Below, one piece after another: positions 48,165-57,714 of a stretch of 64,000 nt of DNA (the stretch's first letter is position 1; every line of letters starts with the position of its first letter). The stretch is from the NCBI GenBank assembly GCA_037924335.1, contig JAXSMZ010000003.1:32102-96101 (forward strand), given 5' to 3'. The notes below the pieces were generated by a model. That model ran no database searches, was not told the origin of the DNA, and saw only the letters and a program-made list of their open reading frames with translations. The stretch comes from Aquificaceae bacterium. Lineage in GTDB: Bacteria; Aquificota; Aquificia; Aquificales; Aquificaceae. The position numbers were made by a program, and so were the translations under genes.

Positions 48165-49352
48165 ATGTTAGCCTTGGCTTTTGCCCTTGTGGTGTGTCAA
48201 GCATGCGAACTTAAAGATATACAGAGTGCTGTGAACCTTGCCAAAAATGGAGAAAAGGTTGTGGTTAAAGCTGGGAACTACAAAGGACCGATAATTATAT
48301 CCAAAGGCCTTGAGCTTATAGGTGAGGGAAGACCGGTTATAGATGGAGAGGGGAAACATCAGATAATAACTGTGATGGCGGATAACGTGAAAATAGAAGG
48401 TTTTTTAATAAGAGACTCTGGCATGTCCTACAGCGAAGACATAGCGGGGCTAAAAGTAAGAAACTCAAGCAATTGTGTTATAAGGAACAACCGTTTCATT
48501 AACAACTTCTTTGCCCTCTACCTTGAAAAAGTGAGCAACTGTAATGTTGAAAACAATACCATTATAGGCTTTGCTAAAACTGAAGGCTCATCTGGGAATG
48601 GTATACATGCGTGGGATTCCAAAGACCTTTACATAAAGGGAAATTATGTAAAAGGGCATAGAGACGGTATATACTTTGAGTTTGTGAAAAACAGTACCAT
48701 AGAAGAGAATGTAAGCGAGAATAACCTGAGGTACGGACTACATTTTATGTTTTCTAATGAAAACTCTTTTAAAAAAAACCATTTTTACAGGAACGGTGCG
48801 GGTGTAGCTGTCATGTACTCCAAAGGCGTGGTCATGGAGGATAATATGTTTGAAAGGAACAGCGGTCCAGCAAGCTACGGCTTTTTACTTAAAGACCTAT
48901 CCGATAGCAAGGTTTACAAGAACGAATTTGTAAATAACTCCTATGGTGCCTATCTTGATGAATGTGATAGGACAAGGTTTGAAAGGAATGTGTTCAAAAA
49001 CAACGGATGGGCTGTAAGGATATATGCCAGTAGTGAGAATAATACGTTTGTGAAAAACATCTTCGTAGGCAATGCCTTTGACGTATCGACAAATACTCTC
49101 TCCTACTTTGAAAATACCTTCTTAAAAAACTACTGGGATAAGTATGAAGGTTACGATATGGACAAGGATGGTGTAGGTGACATACCCTACAGGCCTGTGT
49201 CTTTTATGGCTGTACTCTTTGAAAAGTATCCTCTTACTCTTCTTTTTTATAATAGCTTTCTGGCACGTATAATAGATGCCATGGAAAGGCTCATACCCCT
49301 TTTGAACCCAAAGGGGCTTGTGGATAAAGAGCCGTTGGTGAGAAAACCGTGA
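48165..49352 (+). CDS. nosD: N2O reductase maturation protein NosD
   Basis: Beta-helix repeats, RDGIY, RYGLHFMFS, NYW..Y.G.D...DGVGD.PY. Confidence 0.94.
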   Translation: MLALAFALVVCQACELKDIQSAVNLAKNGEKVVVKAGNYKGPIIISKGLELIGEGRPVIDGEGKHQIITVMADNVKIEGFLIRDSGMSYSEDIAGLKVRNSSNCVIRNNRFINNFFALYLEKVSNCNVENNTIIGFAKTEGSSGNGIHAWDSKDLYIKGNYVKGHRDGIYFEFVKNSTIEENVSENNLRYGLHFMFSNENSFKKNHFYRNGAGVAVMYSKGVVMEDNMFERNSGPASYGFLLKDLSDSKVYKNEFVNNSYGAYLDECDRTRFERNVFKNNGWAVRIYASSENNTFVKNIFVGNAFDVSTNTLSYFENTFLKNYWDKYEGYDMDKDGVGDIPYRPVSFMAVLFEKYPLTLLFYNSFLARIIDAMERLIPLLNPKGLVDKEPLVRKP

Positions 49353-50050
49353 TAAAGTTAGAAGATATACACAAATCCTTTGGGAAGAAGGTCCTTTTCA
49401 AAGGGTTAAACCTTCAGTTTAACGAAAATAGAACAACGGCTATACTTGGGCCCAACGCCTCTGGGAAGACAACGCTCGTTAAGATCATCCTAGGGCTTGT
49501 GATGCCAGATAGGGGGAAAGTTTTTATAGATAGTAAAGATGTACTTAAGGACTCTTCTTACCGTAGACTGATAGGCTACATGCCTCAGATTCCAGAATTC
49601 CCAGAGAACCTTACCGTAAAAGAAATAGTGGATATGGTAAAGGACTTAAGAAGAGAGAAACCAAAAAGGTTTGATGAGCTTGTAGAAATTCTGAACCTCT
49701 CAAAAGAAATGGATAAAAGGTTCTCAAATCTATCAGGTGGAACAAAGCAGAAGGTAGGAGCCATCGTAGCCCTTTCTTTTGACCTACCCATCCTTATACT
49801 TGACGAACCCATGATAGGCTTTGACCCTATCACTGCATACAGACTGAAGTCCTTTATAATTAAAGAGAAAGAGAGGGAGAAGACTATAGTTTATATCTCT
49901 CATATAATGTCTGAGGTGGAAGAGTTAGCGGATGACATAGTATTTATAACAGAGGGTAATATTATATTCCAAGGGGGTGTTGAAGAACTCAAGAGAAACA
50001 CTCAAAAGAGCAAACTTGAGGAGGCTGTACTTTGCTTGTTAAGCTCATAA
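49349..50050 (+). CDS. nosF: ABC ATPase NosF
   Basis: GPNASGKT, LSGG, ILDEP; position in nos cluster. Confidence 0.9.
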   Translation: MIKLEDIHKSFGKKVLFKGLNLQFNENRTTAILGPNASGKTTLVKIILGLVMPDRGKVFIDSKDVLKDSSYRRLIGYMPQIPEFPENLTVKEIVDMVKDLRREKPKRFDELVEILNLSKEMDKRFSNLSGGTKQKVGAIVALSFDLPILILDEPMIGFDPITAYRLKSFIIKEKEREKTIVYISHIMSEVEELADDIVFITEGNIIFQGGVEELKRNTQKSKLEEAVLCLLSS

Positions 50051-50799
50051 AGTATGAAATCTATGACCTTTTCAAAAGTAAGTGGGTAATTGGTACCTTT
50101 TTATTTTATTTACTCCTCGCTTATGTACTGCTGGATTTTGGAAGAGACCCAACAAAAGCTCTCATAAGCTATAACAACATCTCTTTGATAACTCTACCCC
50201 TTTTCTCCCTCCTACTTTCTGCCATTTACTTTTACAACAACAAGAATTTTATTGAATTTGTTCTAACGCAACCGGTAAGTAGACTGTCACTTTTTTTGTC
50301 CATCTTCATTAGTATAAGCTTATCCTTATCAGTAAGCTATTTTTTTGGTTCTTTTTTACCCTTTTATTATTTCTTAGGTTTAGATTTTACATACATAAAA
50401 GCTATTGTTCTGACAACTCTTCTTGTACCACTCTTTGTTTCCATGGGTATTCTTCTGGCTCTCCTTGAAAGGGATAGGCTAAAAGGTGTTGGCCTTGCTC
50501 TCTTTGTATGGTTACTCTTCTCCGCTCTGTACGACAGCGCTCTACTCTATTTTATTATCGCCTTTTCAGATTATCCGATAAATGGGCTCGTTATACTTCT
50601 AACGCTTGCGAACCCAATTGACATAATCAGACTTAACCTTCTCATGGATACTGGACTTCATGAGATTATGGGCTTTGTAGGGAAGTGGCTTATAAAGTAT
50701 TTCAATCATCTTTTTTCTCTTTCAATTTTAGTTCCTTCTTTCTATAGCTTGATATTTTTAACTTTTGGTACTGTGGTTTTTAAGCAAAAAGACTTTTAG
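50032..50799 (+). CDS. nosY: ABC permease NosY
   Basis: Six TM segments, L.QP.SR, NPID..R. Confidence 0.88.
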   Translation: MLVKLIKYEIYDLFKSKWVIGTFLFYLLLAYVLLDFGRDPTKALISYNNISLITLPLFSLLLSAIYFYNNKNFIEFVLTQPVSRLSLFLSIFISISLSLSVSYFFGSFLPFYYFLGLDFTYIKAIVLTTLLVPLFVSMGILLALLERDRLKGVGLALFVWLLFSALYDSALLYFIIAFSDYPINGLVILLTLANPIDIIRLNLLMDTGLHEIMGFVGKWLIKYFNHLFSLSILVPSFYSLIFLTFGTVVFKQKDF

Positions 50800-50809
50800 G
50801 AGGTCTGTT

Positions 50810-51154
50810 ATGTGGGGCTTTTTCATTCTCCTATCCCTTATCATATCTTGCAACAGTCCAAAGAAGGGCGTAGAGTTAAAGCCTGAGGAGGTAAAAGAGC
50901 TGTTCAAAACAAGAGGATGCACCGATTGTCATGATAAAGGAAGGGACCTTATAGGTCCATCCTTCATGGAGATAGCCAAGAGATACAAGGAAGAAGGAAA
51001 TGCGGAAAATATACTTTTGAGAAGCCTTAGGGAAGGATCATGCAAAAAATGGAAGGCAAGATGGAAGTGTATGCCACCACAAAGGGTGGAGGAAGAGGAA
51101 GCAAAACACATGATAAAGTGGATACTCACCTTAGAACCACAAAGCTCCCGGTAG
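50810..51154 (+). CDS. Cytochrome c551/c552-like lipoprotein
   Basis: GCTDCH, IGPSF..IA.RY, MPPQ; AGGAGG RBS. Confidence 0.85.
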   Translation: MWGFFILLSLIISCNSPKKGVELKPEEVKELFKTRGCTDCHDKGRDLIGPSFMEIAKRYKEEGNAENILLRSLREGSCKKWKARWKCMPPQRVEEEEAKHMIKWILTLEPQSSR

Positions 51155-53063
51155 CATCATCGTAGGTTACAAGGGTACTCTCCTTAGGGTTTTTGGGTGT
51201 TTCAAACTCAAGCTCTTTTACCTTTTCCTTATGGGCTGTCTCTTCCATCCTTAGCCTTAGTCTTTTCCCTTCAGGTTTTAAAAATATCTCTTCGTAGACA
51301 AAAAGTGAGGCATCCTTCCTTAAGCCCCTTGGGTTAAAAACTTTTGAATAAATCACCTTCCCTTCCAAAAAGACATCCACCTTAACAGGGGACCTCTCTT
51401 TTGCTATAGCCATCTGAGCTTGCATATGCTTTAAGCCCGTACTCTCCTTAGCGATCTCTTTGACTGGGGAGGACCTGTACTTGAAGTTGAGCACTACAAC
51501 AGATTTATCTGTAGGATAGAAGGATATTCTATGGGTTGTGAGCGGGTAAAAGAGGAAAATAGGAAGGGCTAGGACCATAGTTGCCAATGCGTAGTTTATC
51601 TTACCCAATGTTATGATGGTTGACTCTTCCTTGTTTTTGTCTGCCTTTATGAAGACATCTATCTCCTTATCTATTGACTTCACGTAAGGAGCTTCAAGAA
51701 TCAAGACCTTTCCACCTATAACCTTTTTCCTCAAGATAGGTCTTCTTTCCCTTTTATACCTTTCTTCCAACCACTTGTTCCCTTCTCTGAAGTAACAGTC
51801 TTCGTACTCACAGGATACCAGGATAAGACCCTCTAAGCCCAAATTGAGAAGTTCTTCTGCGTAGAGAGTGTTGACAGCACCTATGCATGGAACAGTAAAG
51901 GACAAAAGCCCTTCCCTCTCAGGTATCTGAGCACTAAAGGGACATCTAAAGGCCACATAGAAAGGACTTTCCTTTTCTATTCTTTCCTTTATGCTTTGTA
52001 TAGGAAAGGTAGGTATGTCTATTGCCTTTACACTACAGGATCCCACGCATATACCGCAACCTGCACACTTCCCTTCATCCAATACAGCCTTTTTATCGTT
52101 GTCAAAGCTTCTCATGGTTATAGCTTCATAGGGGCAGTCTATATAACACTGCTCGCATCCTGTACATTTTTCAAAGTCTATATGGGCTGGTGGGTTTCTC
52201 CTTCCCTTTATGAGCCACGGAAACACAAAAAGGAAGGTGAAAAATCCTAAGAAGAGGACCCAGTTTAAGGACATGGGAAGGTACTTGAGCAGAGGATAAC
52301 CAAAGAAGTAAAACCAGTCAAGGCTCATCTCAAAGGGGAGCTTTTCTATACTTGCTGGTGGGTCGCTCTTTGCGGGGAGCAGTATGGAGAGTGCTATAAG
52401 AAGCAAGGTTATGGTTATATAAAGAAATTTAGGAGGTATGAGCCTTGGCCTTGCGTTCCTCATCACATGAACCCAAAGGGTAAAAACTATAAGGATGGTT
52501 AGGGCTATGTGGGCAAAAAGGAGTATTCTAAAAAGCCCACCCAGATACTTTATGTCGCTACCAAGAAAGGCACTCATGAGAACATCTCCAAAGATTGGCA
52601 GAAAGGAAAAGAACTTGGCGGTTAATATACCAACGAGCTGTGCCCTTACGTCCCAAACTAGTATGTAGCCGGATATACCTATAGCTAAAAAGATCAAAAG
52701 AGTAACAATCCCGGTTACCCAAGCTATCCACCTGAACATCCTAAACCTGTCTGTGATGATAACATGGACCATATGGGCTACCGCAGTAAGGATTAGAGCA
52801 TCGGAGGAATATCTATGAATGCCCCTCATAATGTTTCCAAGAAGGCTTTGGGATATAGCCTCAACGGATGCATGGGATGACTTTGGGTCTATGCTGTAGA
52901 AGAAGAAGAGATAAACACCTGAAATTGTATCAATCACCAAAAGGAATATGGCTATGGCGCCAAGATGATAGAGAGGGTTTAGTTTAGAGGAAAAGAACCT
53001 ACTAAGAGTGTAGGAAAGTTTTTGAAAGGCTATGTAAATGGACTGGATACCTATGACTTCCAT
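51126..53063 (-). CDS. Cytochrome b + 2[4Fe-4S] + MvhD/FlpD-like fusion protein
   Basis: RGIHRY/AHMVH/FAHI/WVH heme-b His, LDWFY, CTGCEQC..DCP, CAGCGICVGSC, VPC.G and C...DCYFREG. Confidence 0.85.
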   Translation of the reverse strand: MEVIGIQSIYIAFQKLSYTLSRFFSSKLNPLYHLGAIAIFLLVIDTISGVYLFFFYSIDPKSSHASVEAISQSLLGNIMRGIHRYSSDALILTAVAHMVHVIITDRFRMFRWIAWVTGIVTLLIFLAIGISGYILVWDVRAQLVGILTAKFFSFLPIFGDVLMSAFLGSDIKYLGGLFRILLFAHIALTILIVFTLWVHVMRNARPRLIPPKFLYITITLLLIALSILLPAKSDPPASIEKLPFEMSLDWFYFFGYPLLKYLPMSLNWVLFLGFFTFLFVFPWLIKGRRNPPAHIDFEKCTGCEQCYIDCPYEAITMRSFDNDKKAVLDEGKCAGCGICVGSCSVKAIDIPTFPIQSIKERIEKESPFYVAFRCPFSAQIPEREGLLSFTVPCIGAVNTLYAEELLNLGLEGLILVSCEYEDCYFREGNKWLEERYKRERRPILRKKVIGGKVLILEAPYVKSIDKEIDVFIKADKNKEESTIITLGKINYALATMVLALPIFLFYPLTTHRISFYPTDKSVVVLNFKYRSSPVKEIAKESTGLKHMQAQMAIAKERSPVKVDVFLEGKVIYSKVFNPRGLRKDASLFVYEEIFLKPEGKRLRLRMEETAHKEKVKELEFETPKNPKESTLVTYDDATGSFVVLR

Positions 53064-53226
53064 TGAGTACCTCCTTGTAAATATCTACTTACTATTAATA
53101 TAAGCACTTTATTAAAATTTTATACGTTTTAATTTCACGTTATAATATAATAAATTTAATTGTTGACAACAAAACCATTTAATACTAAACTATTCTTGTA
53201 AGTAACTGCTTACAGGAGGTGAAAAC

Positions 53227-53403
53227 ATGGAGGAAAAGAAGAGAACATCTTTCCTTCAGTTGGTTTTGGATGACTTTATGCTTCTTCTTTTCTTGGGTGT
53301 AACCATCTATGCAGTGTCTTATCTAATCTGGGGACTCATAGAACTCGCCTGGCTTTCCCCCATACCTGCGGAACTAAAGCAATCTCTTATGGGAGGTAAG
53401 TGA
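53227..53403 (+). CDS. Small single-TM subunit (IIa-like) of heme-copper enzyme, 58 aa
   Basis: Below ORF-track cutoff: MEEKKRTSFLQLVLDDFMLLLFLGVTIYAVSYLIWGLIELAWLSPIPAELKQSLMGGK; AGGAGG RBS; ends 1 nt before subunit II. Confidence 0.8.
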   Translation: MEEKKRTSFLQLVLDDFMLLLFLGVTIYAVSYLIWGLIELAWLSPIPAELKQSLMGGK

Positions 53404-53404
53404 T

Positions 53405-53935
53405 ATGGCTCTATTACCGCCCGAAGAAGGATGGTACTTTAAGAAGGTTGCAAAGGACGAGAAGATGTGGATAACCCTAGCCCTGGTTGTGTGCCTTATC
53501 CTCTTCCTCTGGATGATTGTCTGGCACATATACGGAAGGCAGAATCCTTCCTTTACTACCTATAGAACGACTCCTCAGGAGTTTAACGCCTTGGCTACTG
53601 CCTTTATGGAAAAGTATAAGACTGGTGAGATGAACGGAATACCAGTAGTTGAACCATCACCCAACGGTGATGTTTTCCTTGTTGCTAAGATGTGGAGATG
53701 GGAGCCTGTTTTGGTACTCAAAAAAGGACAGGAGTATAGGTTTCATATATCCTCCTTAGATGTTCTTCACGGCTTTTCTCTTCAGCCTGTGAACATGAAC
53801 TTTATGGTCTATCCAGGCTATGACTATGTGCTTACCTTTAAACCCACATCTTCTGGAGAGTTTGCCATAGTGTGCAACGAGTTCTGCGGGATAGGTCATC
53901 ACATGATGATAGGAAAGATCATAGTCAAGGAATGA
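53405..53935 (+). CDS. Heme-copper oxidase superfamily subunit II (CuA)
   Basis: One TM helix; DVLHGF, CNEFCGIGHHMM. Confidence 0.92.
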   Translation: MALLPPEEGWYFKKVAKDEKMWITLALVVCLILFLWMIVWHIYGRQNPSFTTYRTTPQEFNALATAFMEKYKTGEMNGIPVVEPSPNGDVFLVAKMWRWEPVLVLKKGQEYRFHISSLDVLHGFSLQPVNMNFMVYPGYDYVLTFKPTSSGEFAIVCNEFCGIGHHMMIGKIIVKE

Positions 53936-53946
53936 GGAGGTAAACC

Positions 53947-55614
53947 ATGTTTAGGACATGTGATATTACAGGTCTAAAGGTTGATTTGAACGCAGAAAAG
54001 CTTATAAAACTTAATGCAGTCATGGCTGTTGTGTCTCTGCTTGTTGGTGTGATCGCCGCTCTTCTTTTGGTCCTTACAAGATGGCAAGTGGTACATCTTT
54101 TGCCCGTTGAGTGGTATTACAGGATACTTACCCTTCATGGTCTTAACGCCCTTATATTTTGGATCGTATTCTTTGAGATAGCTGGTCTTTACTTTGGTTC
54201 TACCATAGTCTTAAACTCCAGGATGTCCTCTTCCAAGTTTGGATGGCTCTCTTTAATACTTATGGTTCTTGGCTTTCTATTAGTTAACTCCACCATACTT
54301 ACAGGAAATGCGGATGTTTTAATGACCTCTTACGCTCCTTTACAAGCTCACCCTGTTTATTATCTGGGTGTTATACTCTTTGCAGTAGGTGCACTAATAG
54401 GTGTCTTTCTTTTCTTTGCCAACCTTTTGATAGCAAGAAGGGAAAGGACTTATGGAGATAGTTTACCACTTTTTACCTTTGGTCTTGTTGCTGCCGCTAT
54501 AATAGCCACTCTAACCCTTGCCACGGGTGCCATAATATACATTCCCACCCTTCTTTGGTCTTTGGGAATCATAAAAAGCATAGACGCAGGTGTTTATAAG
54601 CTTATCTGGTGGGGTCTTGGACATTCCTCACAGCAGATAAACGTTACAGCTATGATAGCTGTGTGGTATCTTGGAGCTTTTCTTACGGTTGGTGGTACCT
54701 CTATAAATGAAAAGGTAAGTAGGTTTGCCTTTGTTTTTTACGTCATAGGTATAAATGTAGCATCTGCTCACCACCTCTTGGTTGACCCAGGACCAAGCCC
54801 AGCTTGGAAGGTCTTTAACACAAGCTACATAATGTACATAGCCGTTCTTGCTTCTATGATACACGCCTTTGCAGTTCCATCGGCGGTTGAATCAGCTCAA
54901 AGGAGAAGAGGTTTTACCAAGGGCCTCTTTGATTGGCTAAAGAACGCGCCTTGGGGTAATCCTGCATTTTCTGCAGTCCTTTTATCTATCATCCTATTTG
55001 GTTTTATAGGCGGTGTGACTGGTGTGGTTAACGGTATGGAGCAAACCAATATAATAGTCCATAACACCCTTTCCATACCGGGACACTTCAAGGGAACTGT
55101 GGTCGGTGGAACCACCTTAGCCTTTATGGGTGCCACTTACTACCTTATACCCCTTGTGTTTAGAAAGCGCATCTCTTTCTTTGGCCTTGCAAAGGTACAG
55201 CCTTGGGTCTTTGGCATAGGAATAGCCATATTGGCGGTATCTATGTACATTCTTGGAGCCTTTGGAGTTCCAAGAAGGCACTACGATATTACCTTTTCCG
55301 GCGGACCCTTCACCTACACCTTTAACCCTGCGGTAGACTTCTTCTGGGTTCTCTTTGCCGTAGGTGGCATATTGGCGGTTATAGGTGCTTTAATGTGGAT
55401 ACTTGTAGTGGTTTTCTCTGTCTTCTTCGGTGCTCCTTTAAGAGGCCCTCAAGATATGCAACTTCAGATAGCGTCCCCTCCACCCCCTGCCAAAGAAAAC
55501 CATGGCTTTGAGGCACCTGGAACCCTCACACTTACCCTTCTCTTTATGGGAGTTTTCCTCATATTCCTACTTCTCAACTGGGGATGGCTTGCAGCTATGT
55601 GGGAGGTAAAATAA
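53947..55614 (+). CDS. Heme-copper superfamily subunit I, eNOR-like (putative nitric oxide reductase)
   Basis: LTLHG, GHSSQQIN (no cross-linking Tyr), SAHH, GHFKG, GVPRR; lies between nos and nir clusters. Confidence 0.8.
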   Translation: MFRTCDITGLKVDLNAEKLIKLNAVMAVVSLLVGVIAALLLVLTRWQVVHLLPVEWYYRILTLHGLNALIFWIVFFEIAGLYFGSTIVLNSRMSSSKFGWLSLILMVLGFLLVNSTILTGNADVLMTSYAPLQAHPVYYLGVILFAVGALIGVFLFFANLLIARRERTYGDSLPLFTFGLVAAAIIATLTLATGAIIYIPTLLWSLGIIKSIDAGVYKLIWWGLGHSSQQINVTAMIAVWYLGAFLTVGGTSINEKVSRFAFVFYVIGINVASAHHLLVDPGPSPAWKVFNTSYIMYIAVLASMIHAFAVPSAVESAQRRRGFTKGLFDWLKNAPWGNPAFSAVLLSIILFGFIGGVTGVVNGMEQTNIIVHNTLSIPGHFKGTVVGGTTLAFMGATYYLIPLVFRKRISFFGLAKVQPWVFGIGIAILAVSMYILGAFGVPRRHYDITFSGGPFTYTFNPAVDFFWVLFAVGGILAVIGALMWILVVVFSVFFGAPLRGPQDMQLQIASPPPPAKENHGFEAPGTLTLTLLFMGVFLIFLLLNWGWLAAMWEVK

Positions 55615-56876
55615 TGATCCTTTTCCTCTTCCTCTCCCTTCTTACCTTATTCCTCGCTGGTGTCTTTGGACTTCTGATAGCCCTTACAAGAACTCCTATG
55701 TTAAAGCTTCTTAACTCACCAGAGCTCTTCTATCACTTCTTAGTGGGCCATGTGACCTTTTCCATAACAGTTTGGCTCATGACCTTTGGCATAGCCTTTT
55801 GGAATTACAAGGAAGGCAGGAAGGGGAAGGTAGCACCTCCAGCCATCCTATCTGGTATGCTCCTCCTTTCCCTCTCCTGTCTTTTTCCCTATGGACAGCC
55901 CCAGCTCAACAATTATATACCAGTTATAGAAAATCCCATTTTCTACACAGGGCTCACCCTTTTCTTTTTAGGGTTTTCATCAGAAGTGGTTCTTAGGCTA
56001 CGGAAAGCTATAAAGAACCTTCTGTCTCAAAACACACAGACACAGCTACTGTCTCTATCGGTTATCTTTGGCTTCTTCACAGTATTGTCCCTTCCTGTAT
56101 CCTTACTACTTGTGAAAGGTGAAGGAAAGCTATACTTTGAAAGACTCTTTTGGATACCTGGTCACCTTCAACAGTTCATGTACACAGCCCTTATGCTATG
56201 CGTTTGGCATGAGCTTTTGAAGAAAAACTCAGAAAAACAAGTATCAAGCCCTATTATGAATTCAGCAAACCTCCTTATGTTCCTTTTCTCATTGACCCTC
56301 CTTTATGGCTACTTTACAGACATGCTCTCTGATGGTTTTAGGCTTCTTATAACACTTTCCTTTGGAATAGGTTTGGGTGTGCCCGTCTTCATACACACCT
56401 TCTATGTGCTAAGGAATATGAGGATAAACAAGGATGTATCCACCCTATCCTTGGTCTTCTCCATGAGTGTGTACTATGTGGGCGAATTTATAGCCTACGG
56501 CGGTATGCAAAGCGACCTTAGAATACCTGCCCATTATCATGGTGTTGTGTCTGGGGTAACCGTAGCCTTTATGGGGCTCACCTACTATATGCTAAAGGAG
56601 AGGCTTGGCTTTGTGAGTTGGGAAAGGTTTGCCAGACTTCAGCCTGCCCTTTTTGGATTTGGTATAAACCTTTTGGTGATTGGCTTTTATATTGCCGGCC
56701 TCTTAGGTGCGCCCAGAAAGACCTATGGCTTTGAGTATGTACAAAAGGCTGAGGTGCTTCTGGCTTTGAACGTGATGGGTATGGGGAGCTTGCTTGCTGC
56801 GGCAGGCGGATTACTCTTCCTCTTTTACTCCTTTACATCCCTTATGAAGGTGTACAGACATGGTAAAGCTTTTTAG
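55614..56876 (+). CDS. Divergent subunit-I-like paralog
   Basis: LVGHV, WIPGHLQQF, PAHYHG, GAPRK; no helix VII HH. Confidence 0.7.
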   Translation: MILFLFLSLLTLFLAGVFGLLIALTRTPMLKLLNSPELFYHFLVGHVTFSITVWLMTFGIAFWNYKEGRKGKVAPPAILSGMLLLSLSCLFPYGQPQLNNYIPVIENPIFYTGLTLFFLGFSSEVVLRLRKAIKNLLSQNTQTQLLSLSVIFGFFTVLSLPVSLLLVKGEGKLYFERLFWIPGHLQQFMYTALMLCVWHELLKKNSEKQVSSPIMNSANLLMFLFSLTLLYGYFTDMLSDGFRLLITLSFGIGLGVPVFIHTFYVLRNMRINKDVSTLSLVFSMSVYYVGEFIAYGGMQSDLRIPAHYHGVVSGVTVAFMGLTYYMLKERLGFVSWERFARLQPALFGFGINLLVIGFYIAGLLGAPRKTYGFEYVQKAEVLLALNVMGMGSLLAAAGGLLFLFYSFTSLMKVYRHGKAF

Positions 56877-57576
56877 TCTCCTTTTTATACTCCTTTCCTT
56901 CTCCTTTCCCAACCTTTTGCCCGATGAGAAAAGGACCATAGGTACCTATGTGCCTGATATAAGGCTTCAAGACCATGAGGGAAAGGTTTACAGCCTAAAG
57001 GACTTTGCCCAAGGCAAAGTGCTCATAATAAACCCCATATATACCAAATGTTCCTCCGCCTGTCCTGTTATGACAGAAGAGTTAAACAAGGTCATAAAAG
57101 ACCTTAAGGAGGATGTGAAAGTCCTTTCCATCACCTTTGATACCTCGGATAGCCTATTGGACCTCAAAAAGTTCAGAGAAGTCCATAATCTTCCAAGCAA
57201 CTGGATTGTGGTAAGGAGCGATGAGGTAGCTAAGCTTCTAAAAGCTATAGACTATAAATACAGATATGATGAAGGGCTTAAAGAGTTTGAGCATCCCAAC
57301 CTCTATGTGATCATCACACCCTCTGGAAAGGTGTCAAGGTACATATACGGTATAAGCCCTAAGCTTAAAGATCTAAAGCTTGCTGTCCTTGAAGCAAAAA
57401 AAGAAGGTACAAGCCTTAATCCTGTAGAGAGCTTCTGGCTAAGGTGTTTTAGATATAATCCAGAAACAGGCACCTATCAGATAGACTGGTTCTTTGTCTT
57501 TGATGTGATGGGAGGACTTACTACTTTTCTTGTTGTTCCTCTTTTGGTTTGGGGTAAGTCCTTGTTGCGCTTATGA
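56860..57576 (+). CDS. SCO/SenC copper chaperone
   Basis: YTKCSSACP, SITFD, F.HP, C-terminal TM. Confidence 0.9.
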   Translation: MVKLFSLLFILLSFSFPNLLPDEKRTIGTYVPDIRLQDHEGKVYSLKDFAQGKVLIINPIYTKCSSACPVMTEELNKVIKDLKEDVKVLSITFDTSDSLLDLKKFREVHNLPSNWIVVRSDEVAKLLKAIDYKYRYDEGLKEFEHPNLYVIITPSGKVSRYIYGISPKLKDLKLAVLEAKKEGTSLNPVESFWLRCFRYNPETGTYQIDWFFVFDVMGGLTTFLVVPLLVWGKSLLRL

Positions 57577-57714
57577 GGGGTAGACATGTATGAGGTTTTT
57601 TATTTATCTTATAAGAGATTTTTTGGTAAAAAAATATTGACATTTGTAAATACTTACTTTATATTTAATACTATGATATTTATCACTGATATATCTTATA
57701 AGGAGGTTTGAGAT

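Noticed and set aside
53947..55614. Ordinary ba3-type cytochrome c oxidase
   Set aside because: No HPxVY tyrosine, and context is between denitrification clusters
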